Assembly: GCA_017536405.1 (NCBI GenBank)
Contig: JAFXHL010000026.1
Span: 9,036 to 73,035, forward strand
Direction: 5' to 3'
DNA: 64,000 nt
DNA from: Oscillospiraceae bacterium
GTDB taxonomy: Bacteria > Bacillota > Clostridia > Oscillospirales > Ruminococcaceae
Positions within the stretch are counted from its first letter, which is position 1. Each line of letters begins with the position of its first letter. Below the pieces are notes generated by a model. That model ran no database searches. It saw only the letters and a list, made by a program, of their open reading frames with translations, and was not told the origin of the DNA. This document shows, piece by piece, positions 9,666 to 17,642 of the stretch. A program made the translations under genes and the position numbers.

Positions 9666-9795
9666 ATTGACTCTCCTTTGTTATGATACGCTTTTTATAT
9701 TTTATTAAATTATTTGAGTTTTGTCAAGTTTTTCGGGAATTTTCTTTCCCCTATGAGCATAAAATTCATCAGACCACAAAAGGAGATTTTTTATT

Positions 9796-10206
9796 ATGCT
9801 TACAGTTTCTCTTTCGGGGAAAAAAATCAAATCCGCATTTCTCTCTATAATCCTCGTTTTAGTACTCTTCGGTACTACACTTCTGCTTTTCTACATAAGG
9901 GAAAGTGAGAAGATATATCTTTCTGATGAAGCGGAAATTGTCGCTTTTTTAGAGGGAAAAGGATATTCCCCCATAAAGATTTCGGAAGAAGAAATCATCA
10001 TTCCGACAGTATGGAACGAAACCTTTGAAAACTATAATCTTTTGCAGAAGGAACAGGGTTTCGACCTTCATAATCTGAGGGAAAAAACTGTTATGAAATA
10101 TAGTTTTTCTTCGGGTGACAGCGAGATAACTCTTCTTATTTTCGACGGGGTTTTAGTAGGCTCTGATGTTTTTTCCTATGAGGAGAGGGAAAGTAAGGTT
10201 TTGTAA
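9796..10206 (+). CDS. DUF4830-like small membrane-anchored protein
   Basis: 136 aa. N-terminal TM, then EAEIVAFLEGKGYSP..VWNETFENYNLLQKEQGFDL, as remembered for DUF4830. Confidence 0.65.
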   Translation: MLTVSLSGKKIKSAFLSIILVLVLFGTTLLLFYIRESEKIYLSDEAEIVAFLEGKGYSPIKISEEEIIIPTVWNETFENYNLLQKEQGFDLHNLREKTVMKYSFSSGDSEITLLIFDGVLVGSDVFSYEERESKVL

Positions 10207-10214
10207 TAATGAAT

Positions 10215-10287
10215 TTCGCCCCGACTCCCCAAAGGGAGTCTTTGGCGACCATACTTTCTACTCGTGTAGAAAGTAGGCAAAGACACG
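10215..10287. repeat. Intergenic repeat module B, diverged copy in inverted orientation
   Basis: The reverse complement keeps the flanks TTTGCC..GGTCGC..GCGAAA of module B (56818..56889, 61376..61447). Both stems are replaced by other self-complementary sequences (TACTTTCTA/TAGAAAGTA and GACTCC/GGAGTC). Confidence 0.6.
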
Positions 10288-10372
10288 CTCTTGCAGAGGG
10301 CTACGCTCACTCATGCGTGAGCGGTAATTCTCTTGCCATTCGCAACGGCAAAGTAGCCCGTTGCCGATATTA
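10288..10372. repeat. Intergenic repeat module A (inverted copy of 61289..61373)
   Basis: Hand alignment gives 84/85 identity to the reverse complement of 61289..61373. Contains hairpins GCAACGG..CCGTTGC and GCTCAC..GTGAGC. Confidence 0.85.
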
Positions 10373-10448
10373 AGGCTGATAGTTTACTCTTTTCGCACGC
10401 ACGAACTTTTCATATACGCTCATTAGTTATCAGAAATTGATAAAAGCA

Positions 10449-10476
10449 AATCCACCCTTGTGGGTGGATTTTTTAT
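10449..10476 (+). terminator. Rho-independent terminator about 240 nt downstream of the DUF4830 gene
   Basis: Stem AATCCACCC/GGGTGGATT followed by T-rich sequence. Modules B and A lie between the stop codon and this terminator. Confidence 0.6.
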
Positions 10477-10479
10477 TTT

Positions 10480-10635
10480 CATTCTAAAACCAACTACGAA
10501 ACGAATTGTCCCGTGCGGTCACGCACAAAACGACCACGGAGCCCGTGGAGGCAGATAACCGACAAATGCGGTTATCGAGCTATAAACTGATTTTCATAGC
10601 CAACTACGAAACGATATGTTCTCCGCGACCACGCG
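10480..10635. repeat. Module C-like units, tandem pair with 110-nt period (inverted orientation)
   Basis: CCAACTACGAAACGA occurs at 10490 and 10600. GATAACCGACAAATGCGGTTATCGAGC is the reverse complement of GCTCGGTAACCGCATTTGTCGGTTATC at 61157..61183 (one mismatch). Also has the ACCACGGAGCCCGTGGAGGC hairpin seen at 59074. Confidence 0.6.
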
Positions 10636-10740
10636 GTAAAACGAAAAGACTGTGCTTTATGCTAGGCAAACGAGCGACGGAATATGCGGATATTCCGAGC
10701 GAGTTTAACGACGCAGAAAGTGCAGGATTTCTCGTTTTAC
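10636..10740. repeat. Module D: 105-nt element bounded by inverted repeats (MITE-like or 3'-end RNA element)
   Basis: Starts GTAAAACGAAAAGAC and ends CTCGTTTTAC. Central hairpin CGGAATAT..ATATTCCG. About 80 percent identical by eye to 23240..23344. Its end contains the aspartate kinase stop codon. Confidence 0.7.
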
Positions 10741-12074
10741 TCCTCTACTGTGTCTACGAAGATTGCATAAATACATTTCATCGCCTGTTCGAAATCATCA
10801 TCTGAAACGCCGACGATGATGTTGAGTTCTGATGAACCCTGGTCAATCATCTTGACGTTTATCTTTGCGTGTGCGAGTGCTGCGAAAATTCTTGCCGCAG
10901 TACCTCTCTGCTTTCTCATACCTCTGCCAACGATTGCGATGAGGGCGATGTTGTGTTCGAGTTCGATATGGTCGGGATTTGTGGCAGCCTTGATTTCCTG
11001 TAAAATTCTTTCTGCCTTACCGCCCATTGAGTTTTCGTTAACAAGAACAGACATTGTGTCTATTCCTGAAGGGAGATGTTCGAATGAGATATTGTTTCCT
11101 TCGAGAACTTCAAGGATTTTTCTTCCGAAACCGAGTTCTGAGTTCATCATATCCTTTTCGATGTTTATTGCACAAAATCCCTTTTTACCTGCGATACCTG
11201 TTATTGTATAAGGAGGAATAACTTCATCTGCGTTTGCAACAATCATTGTTCCTCTGTCTTCGGGAGCGTTTGTGTTCTTTATGTTTATGGGAATACCTGC
11301 TGTTCTTACGGGGAAGATAGCGTCTTCGTGAAGAACAGTTGCGCCCATATATGAAAGCTCTCTGAGTTCTCTGTATGTTATTGTTGTTATGGGTGCGGGA
11401 TTATCGATAATTCTCGGGTCAGCAACGAGGAAGCCTGAAACGTCTGTCCAGTTTTCATAGATTCTTGCGTTTACCGCTCTTGCTACTATCGAACCTGTTA
11501 TGTCAGAACCGCCTCTTGAAAATGTCTTTACAGAGCCGTTTGGCATAGAGCCATAAAATCCCGGGATAACTGCGTATTCAAGTTTTTTAAGGCGTTCGCT
11601 CAAAACCTTTACTGTTCTGTCAAGGTCGAAAATACCCTTTTCGTTAAAGAAGATTACTTCTGCTGAATCGACAAAATCAAAGCCTAAATATTTAGCAAGG
11701 ATGATGCCGTTTAAATATTCCCCTCTTGAAGCGGCATAGTCTCTTCCTGCTTTGTTGAGGAAATTCTTTTTAACCTTTTCGAATTCATCTTCGAGGGAGA
11801 GTTCGATGCCGAGTTCTTTAATGATACCATTGTATCTTTCCTTGATATCTTCAAAAACTTTAAGGTAACCTTCGTTATCGCTTTCAGCAAGGTCATAGCA
11901 GGCATAAAGCATATCTGTTACCTTTGTGTCGTCTTTAAATCTCTTTCCCGGTGCTGAGGGAACAACATATCTTCTCAGTTTATCGGAAAGAATAATGTCG
12001 GCAACTTTTTTGAACTGTGTTGCGTCGGCGAGTGAACTTCCGCCGAATTTTACTACTTTTATACCATTTGTCAT
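10737..12074 (-). CDS. Aspartate kinase with C-terminal ACT domains
   Basis: IKVVKFGGSSLADATQFKKV, plus ACT-like IALIAIVGRGM and INVKMIDQGSSELNI. The ATG at 12074 has an AAAGGGG RBS. The track start at 12107 lies inside the predicted promoter. Confidence 0.92.
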   Translation of the reverse strand: MTNGIKVVKFGGSSLADATQFKKVADIILSDKLRRYVVPSAPGKRFKDDTKVTDMLYACYDLAESDNEGYLKVFEDIKERYNGIIKELGIELSLEDEFEKVKKNFLNKAGRDYAASRGEYLNGIILAKYLGFDFVDSAEVIFFNEKGIFDLDRTVKVLSERLKKLEYAVIPGFYGSMPNGSVKTFSRGGSDITGSIVARAVNARIYENWTDVSGFLVADPRIIDNPAPITTITYRELRELSYMGATVLHEDAIFPVRTAGIPINIKNTNAPEDRGTMIVANADEVIPPYTITGIAGKKGFCAINIEKDMMNSELGFGRKILEVLEGNNISFEHLPSGIDTMSVLVNENSMGGKAERILQEIKAATNPDHIELEHNIALIAIVGRGMRKQRGTAARIFAALAHAKINVKMIDQGSSELNIIVGVSDDDFEQAMKCIYAIFVDTVEE

Positions 12075-12108
12075 TGTGTTAATACCCCTTTTTATAGTCT
12101 TCCTCATA

Positions 12109-12138
12109 ATTCTAACCTTTTTGTTACTATTTTGTCAA
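12109..12138 (-). promoter_or_regulatory. Sigma-A type promoter for the aspartate kinase
   Basis: On the minus strand: TTGACA (12133..12138), 18 nt, TAGAAT (12109..12114). Confidence 0.45.
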
Positions 12139-12238
12139 TCGGTGAATATGACAACATTACATCAAAAAACTACTGTTCTTTTGTGAAATACGCTTGTACG
12201 CGAACGGCGGACAGTTTTCTATAAAAATATAAATACTA

Positions 12239-12267
12239 TTGAAATGTATATAAAATTGTGGTAAAAT
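12239..12267 (+). promoter_or_regulatory. Sigma-A type promoter (extended -10) for glgP
   Basis: TTGAAA (12239..12244), 17 nt ending in TGG, TAAAAT (12262..12267). Confidence 0.5.
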
Positions 12268-12314
12268 ATTCGTGGTATTATTTCATCTGAGTATGATATT
12301 GGAGGTAGAATGAT

Positions 12315-14684
12315 ATGAACAAGAAAGAATTTCTTGCCCAGATCAAGAACAATCTTTACACAGACTACAAGACAACTCTCAAAGAGGCATCAACTCATCA
12401 GCTTCATAACGCGCTCGCAAGAACAGTTATGGCTGACATCATGCCCGACTGGCAGAAGAGTGAAAAGCGCCATGCAGCAAAGAGAAGAGCATATTATCTC
12501 TCTGCTGAATTCCTTATGGGCAGAGCGGTTTTCAATAACCTCTACTGCGCAGGTCTTTTAGACACAGCTAAAGAAGTTTTCTCTGAACAGGGCATAAACA
12601 TCAACGATTTTGAAGACATCGAAGACGCAGCGCTCGGTAACGGCGGTCTTGGCAGACTTGCCGCTTGTTTCCTTGACAGTGCCGCATCACAGGATATCCC
12701 CCTCAATGGATACGGAATCAGATACCGCTATGGTCTTTTCAAGCAGTATTTTGAAAACGGATTCCAGAGAGAAACTGCTGACAAGTGGCTTCATCAGGGA
12801 ATCGACGCATGGAGCATCCGTTGTGAAAACGACAAGGTAAGAATTGACTTTGCAGACCAGTCTGTAATGGCTGTTCCTTATGATGTTCCCATTATAGGAT
12901 ATGACAGAAAGTCTATAAACACACTCCGTTTATGGCAGGCTGAGGGTCTTGACGAATTCAATTTCACAGACTTTGACAATCAGCTTTATTTAAACGCATC
13001 AGAAAACGCTATCCTTGCAGAAGCTATCAGTAATGTTCTTTATCCTAACGACAATACTGAAAAGGGACTTATTCTCCGCCTCAAACAGCAGTATTTCTTC
13101 TGCTCTGCTTCTTTACAGGATATCGTTGCGAACTATAAGAAGAAATACGGTTCTGATTTCTCAAAATTCGCAGAACTCTATTCTATCCAGCTTAACGATA
13201 CACACCCCACAGTATCTATCCCCGAACTCATCCGTATCCTTATGTTCAAGGAAGGTATGGGCTTCAACGAAGCATTCGACATCGCACAGAAGACATTCAA
13301 CTATACAAACCACACTGTTATGGCTGAAGCACTCGAAAAATGGAGCGTTTCACTCTTCAGAAAGGTTATTCCCACAATCTACGATATCATCGGTCTTATT
13401 GATACAAAGCTCAAGAATGACCTTAAGAAGATGAAGAAGACAGACGAAGAAATCGGCTGGATTTCAATCATTCAGGGTGACCGTATCCACATGGCGAATA
13501 TGGCTGTTTTTGCGACATCACACACAAACGGCGTTGCGGCACTCCACACAGAAATCCTTAAAAACGATGTTCTCCGTGACTGGTATCGAATCTTCCCCGA
13601 AAGATTCCAGAACAAGACAAACGGTATTACTCCTCGTCGTTGGCTTGGTCTTTGCAACCCTCAACTTTCATCACTCATCACAGAAAAACTCGGAACAGAA
13701 GACTGGGTTACAAATCTTGATAAACTCAAAGAACTTCAGAAATTCGTTGACGATGAAGAAACATTAAAGGCTTTCGCACGCATCAAGCGCGAAAAGAAGC
13801 AGGAAGCTGTCGAATATATCGGCAAGCACGAAAACTTCTGGATTAACCCCGGATTTATGTTCGATGTTCAAGTTAAGCGACTTCATGAATACAAGCGTCA
13901 GCTTCTCAACGCTTTCGCTATTCTCGATATCTATTATCAGCTTAAAGAAGGCGCACTCACAAACTGGCATCCCACAGTATTCATCTTCGGTGCCAAGGCT
14001 GCTCCCGCTTACAGAAGAGCAAAGGGTATCATAAAGTTTATCAATGAAATCGCAAAGAAGGTAAACTCAGACTCACAGACAAACGACAAGCTCCTCGTTC
14101 TCTTTGTTCAGAACTACAATGTTTCATATGCTGAAAAGCTCATCCCCGCTGCTGACCTTTCAGAACAGATTTCAACAGCAGGTCTTGAAGCATCGGGAAC
14201 AGGTAATATGAAGTTCATGCTCAACGGTGCTATAACAATAGGCACATGGGATGGCGCTAACATCGAAATTGCAGAGGAAGCAGGCGAACAGAACGAATAC
14301 ATCTTCGGTGCGAGAGTTGAAGAAATCAACCACCTCAAAAACGGCAACTATCGTCCTAAGGAAGATTACTACTACGCAAATGACAGACTCAAGAGAGTTA
14401 TCAACACACTTGTTGACGGAACATTCAACGACGGCGAAACAGGTATGTTCGGTGAACTTTATTCTTCACTCACAAACGGTTTCAGCTGGCATGCTCCCGA
14501 TAACTACTTCATCTGCCGTGACTTTGATGATTATGTAAACGCTAAAATCAGAGCAAACCGTGAATACAACAACGACAGAACTGTATTCAACAAGAAGTGC
14601 TGGATGAACATCTGCAACGCAGGCAAGTTCTCATCAGACAGAACTATCAAGCAGTATGCAGAAGAAATCTGGAAGGTTATCTAA
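12315..14684 (+). CDS. glgP: Glycogen/maltodextrin phosphorylase (GT35)
   Basis: 789 aa. EASGTGNMKFMLNGA is the PLP-lysine motif. LGNGGLGRLAACFLDS is also present. Confidence 0.95.
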   Translation: MNKKEFLAQIKNNLYTDYKTTLKEASTHQLHNALARTVMADIMPDWQKSEKRHAAKRRAYYLSAEFLMGRAVFNNLYCAGLLDTAKEVFSEQGININDFEDIEDAALGNGGLGRLAACFLDSAASQDIPLNGYGIRYRYGLFKQYFENGFQRETADKWLHQGIDAWSIRCENDKVRIDFADQSVMAVPYDVPIIGYDRKSINTLRLWQAEGLDEFNFTDFDNQLYLNASENAILAEAISNVLYPNDNTEKGLILRLKQQYFFCSASLQDIVANYKKKYGSDFSKFAELYSIQLNDTHPTVSIPELIRILMFKEGMGFNEAFDIAQKTFNYTNHTVMAEALEKWSVSLFRKVIPTIYDIIGLIDTKLKNDLKKMKKTDEEIGWISIIQGDRIHMANMAVFATSHTNGVAALHTEILKNDVLRDWYRIFPERFQNKTNGITPRRWLGLCNPQLSSLITEKLGTEDWVTNLDKLKELQKFVDDEETLKAFARIKREKKQEAVEYIGKHENFWINPGFMFDVQVKRLHEYKRQLLNAFAILDIYYQLKEGALTNWHPTVFIFGAKAAPAYRRAKGIIKFINEIAKKVNSDSQTNDKLLVLFVQNYNVSYAEKLIPAADLSEQISTAGLEASGTGNMKFMLNGAITIGTWDGANIEIAEEAGEQNEYIFGARVEEINHLKNGNYRPKEDYYYANDRLKRVINTLVDGTFNDGETGMFGELYSSLTNGFSWHAPDNYFICRDFDDYVNAKIRANREYNNDRTVFNKKCWMNICNAGKFSSDRTIKQYAEEIWKVI

Positions 14685-14699
14685 ATAATAAAATAAAAA

Positions 14700-14726
14700 G
14701 GCAACCCTCTTGGGTTGCCTTTTTTG
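14700..14726 (+). terminator. Rho-independent terminator of glgP
   Basis: Stem GGCAACCC/GGGTTGCC followed by T6. Confidence 0.75.
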
Positions 14727-14755
14727 TGTGGCAGAGAGCCGAAATATAAAACAAA

Positions 14756-14790
14756 ACATATCCCCCACATCTGTGGGGGATATGTTTTTG
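14756..14790 (-). terminator. Bidirectional terminator at the end of the che operon (CCCCCACA stem family)
   Basis: Palindrome CATATCCCCCACA-TC-TGTGGGGGATATG with T-runs on both strands. Confidence 0.7.
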
Positions 14791-15273
14791 TTAATTGCTC
14801 TCTGTGAGAGTTCTCAGCTCCGATTTTGAAAAGAGCTTGTCATGGTCTAAAAGAAGGACGATATCGCCTTTTATCTTTCCTATTGCCATAACATATTTGC
14901 TTGCTCCATCCATAGTAACAACGGGAGGGGGTGAAAGTTCTTCCGCCTTTATGTCTGTTACTTCGTCAACTCTGTCAACGATAAAGCCGATGTCGACTTC
15001 GTTTATTCTTACTATTACAATAGATGTTCTCTTGTTATAGGGAATTTCTTCTTTTTTAAATCTCAGGCGCATATCAATAAGGGGAATAATTCTTCCTCTT
15101 AAATTTATGATACCTTTCATATAGACGGGGCTTTCGGGAACGGGGGTTATATCCTGAATCCCTATAATTTCAATGACATTTTTAATAGAAAAGGCATATC
15201 TTCTGTCATCAAGGACAAATGTAAGATATTTGCCTGCTTTGTCTTCAAAACCCATTTCTTTTTCCTCCGTCAA
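14791..15273 (-). CDS. cheW: Chemotaxis coupling protein CheW (copy 2)
   Basis: 160 aa. CheW-like: YLTFVLDDRRYAFSIKNVIEI..GIINLRGRIIPLIDMR. Confidence 0.9.
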   Translation of the reverse strand: MTEEKEMGFEDKAGKYLTFVLDDRRYAFSIKNVIEIIGIQDITPVPESPVYMKGIINLRGRIIPLIDMRLRFKKEEIPYNKRTSIVIVRINEVDIGFIVDRVDEVTDIKAEELSPPPVVTMDGASKYVMAIGKIKGDIVLLLDHDKLFSKSELRTLTESN

Positions 15274-16322
15274 CTGTTAAGTTTTTTTATGATATTATCG
15301 GCAATAGAAGTCAGCGGAAGCTGAATTTCAACCGCACCGAGCTTGAAAGCCTCCATAGGCATTCCGTAAACAACGCAGGATTTTTCATCCTGACCTATGG
15401 TATATGCACCTGCTTTTTTCATATTGAGCATTCCCTTAGCGCCGTCAGCGCCCATACCTGTAAGGATTACGCCAATAGCATTTCTTCCCGCACATTTAGC
15501 AACAGAATCGAAAAGAACATCGACCGAAGGCGAATGCAAGGGCTTTACAATATCCTTTTCAAGAACGATATAATATCCCTTGTTGTCTTTCAGAACTTTC
15601 ATCTGAAGCCCTGCTTTTCCGACAACGCACATTCCGCTTTTAAGCCTCATTCCACTTTCTGCTTCGCAGGCGCTGAAAGCACAGTTCTTATCTATTCTTT
15701 CGGCGAGAAGCTTTGTGAAATTTTCGGGCATATGCTGAACGATTACTATCGGGGGAATGTTCGCGGGGAGTCTTGTGAGGATTTTCATCAGAGCATCGGG
15801 CCCTCCCGTAGAAGAGCCTATTGCTATAATGCTTTCATCCTTAACATAGTTTATTCTCTGTGTGGGAACTGCCGTTTCGGGCTTTTTCGGGGTTACTGCC
15901 TTTTTTTCAGAAGGCTCCATAACCTTTGCGTATTTTGCGATTTCTATCTTCTTTGAAAGCTCTCTTATAAAGTTAATTTTAGCATCGGGCGACATATCGG
16001 GTTTTCTGATAAAATCAACAGCCCCTGCCGAAAGTGCTTCAAGAACATTAACCATCTTTGAAGAAACGATAATAACGGGAACTTTTATCTTAGGCAATAA
16101 CCTTTCGAGCATTTCAATGCCGTTCATATGGGGCATTTCAAAGTCGATGGTGACAACATCGGGCTTTGTTTCTACTATTCTGTCGATTGCTCTTATGGGG
16201 TCCTGCTCTGTTCCTACTATTTCAAATTCGGGGAAACTCTTCCCGAATTCCGCTTCGACAAAACGGCTGAAAAATGCCGAGTCATCAACTATGAAAATCC
16301 TTGTATGACTCCTTTTAAGCAT
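15270..16322 (-). CDS. cheB: Chemotaxis response regulator protein-glutamate methylesterase CheB
   Basis: REC domain (IFIVDDSAF..DFEMPHMNG) plus methylesterase (AIGSSTGGPDAL, GMGADG). 4-nt overlap with the downstream cheW. Confidence 0.93.
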   Translation of the reverse strand: MLKRSHTRIFIVDDSAFFSRFVEAEFGKSFPEFEIVGTEQDPIRAIDRIVETKPDVVTIDFEMPHMNGIEMLERLLPKIKVPVIIVSSKMVNVLEALSAGAVDFIRKPDMSPDAKINFIRELSKKIEIAKYAKVMEPSEKKAVTPKKPETAVPTQRINYVKDESIIAIGSSTGGPDALMKILTRLPANIPPIVIVQHMPENFTKLLAERIDKNCAFSACEAESGMRLKSGMCVVGKAGLQMKVLKDNKGYYIVLEKDIVKPLHSPSVDVLFDSVAKCAGRNAIGVILTGMGADGAKGMLNMKKAGAYTIGQDEKSCVVYGMPMEAFKLGAVEIQLPLTSIADNIIKKLNS

Positions 16323-16339
16323 AATTTCCTCCGTTTAGA

Positions 16340-17155
16340 TTATTTTCCTAATGGTCTTCTGTAAATCGCAGGCTGAATGAATTCAAACCTTGTGTTTTTG
16401 GAAACATTTTCTGCGTGGCCTATAAAGAGATAACCGCCCGGTTTAAGACAATCATAGAGTCTTTCAATGAGGTTATTCTTTGTTTCAGCATCGAAATAAA
16501 TCATAACATTTCTGCAACTGATGAGGTCATAGGGTTTTTTATAGCGGATTTCGTTCATAAGATTGAATTGTTTATAGACAATTTCTTTCCTTATTCTGTC
16601 GCATACTCTGAACTTTCCGTCATCAGTTCTTACGAAATATTTTTCCATCCATTCTCTCGGAACGCCTTCCATCATTTCAAGGGTGTAAACCCCTGCATAA
16701 GCCTCGGCGAGAACTTTTGTCGAGATGTCTGTTGCGAGGATTTTTAAATCCCATCCCTGACGCCTCGGTCCGAAATATTCATCTATGGTCATAGCCATTG
16801 TATAAGGCTCCTGTCCCGTTGATGAAGCGGCGCACCATATTCTTGCGTCCTTATCGGTAACTGTTCTTTCGATATAGGGGAGAACGGTTGATTTCATAAA
16901 ATCGAAATGTTCGGGTTCACGCATAAAGAATGTGTGGTTTGTTGTCAGTTTATTTACAAACTGTTCGAGTTCGGGTGAGCTTTCACCCGTGAGGATTGTG
17001 TCGAGATACGCCTTGAAGGATGTGAAACCTTTTGCGGTAACTGTGTTTACAAGACGTCCCTCAACGAGAATACGCTTTTTTTCAAGATTTATTCCGTAAT
17101 GTTTTTTGATATATTCGACAATACGGAGAAAATCAGCGTCGGTAAGTGTTATCAT
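16340..17155 (-). CDS. cheR: Chemotaxis protein methyltransferase CheR
   Basis: 271 aa. TNHTFFMREPEHFDF and RIWCAASSTGQEPY are SAM-MTase CheR motifs. Confidence 0.93.
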   Translation of the reverse strand: MITLTDADFLRIVEYIKKHYGINLEKKRILVEGRLVNTVTAKGFTSFKAYLDTILTGESSPELEQFVNKLTTNHTFFMREPEHFDFMKSTVLPYIERTVTDKDARIWCAASSTGQEPYTMAMTIDEYFGPRRQGWDLKILATDISTKVLAEAYAGVYTLEMMEGVPREWMEKYFVRTDDGKFRVCDRIRKEIVYKQFNLMNEIRYKKPYDLISCRNVMIYFDAETKNNLIERLYDCLKPGGYLFIGHAENVSKNTRFEFIQPAIYRRPLGK

Positions 17156-17160
17156 AAGGG

Positions 17161-17622
17161 CTATCTCTCCGTAACGAGTGTTTCACAATCGAGAAGGAGC
17201 TTTATTTCATCTCCTGTTTCGATGATGTATTTGATAAAGTGGTTCATATTTACATTCTTGTAATCAGGAGTAGATGAAACTTCCTCGGGGGAAATCATAG
17301 CAACTTCTCTTACTCTGTCTACAATAAGTCCTACTGCGAGGCCATCCCATTCAACAACGATGATACAGGTTCTGTCGTCATAGGGAATTTCTTCCTTGCC
17401 GAAACGGCTTCTTACGCTCATAACGGGGATAACCTTACCACGAAGGTTCATCATACCCTTTATATATGAGGGAACTTTGGGAACTATTGTTATCTGCTGA
17501 ATCTGGATGATTTCTGTTATATACTGGATTTCAATTCCGTAAACGGCATCGTCGATTTCAAACTGAAGAATTTCACCGCCGTCTGATAAGAAATTGGTTG
17601 TCTGTTCGATATATTCTGACAT
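17161..17622 (-). CDS. cheW: Chemotaxis coupling protein CheW (copy 1)
   Basis: 153 aa. CheW-like: ILQFEIDDAVYGIEIQYITEI..GMMNLRGKVIPVMSVR. Confidence 0.9.
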   Translation of the reverse strand: MSEYIEQTTNFLSDGGEILQFEIDDAVYGIEIQYITEIIQIQQITIVPKVPSYIKGMMNLRGKVIPVMSVRSRFGKEEIPYDDRTCIIVVEWDGLAVGLIVDRVREVAMISPEEVSSTPDYKNVNMNHFIKYIIETGDEIKLLLDCETLVTER

Positions 17623-17642
17623 AAGGTTTCATTCCTTTCGGG

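Noticed and set aside
9666-9795. T-box riboswitch upstream of glyQS
   Set aside because: The intergenic region is too short and no T-box or specifier-loop features are visible by eye. It is reported as an absence under findings.
12075-12314. Lysine riboswitch (L-box) upstream of the aspartate kinase
   Set aside because: The predicted promoter leaves a leader of under 40 nt. The remaining intergenic sequence is accounted for by the divergent glgP promoter.
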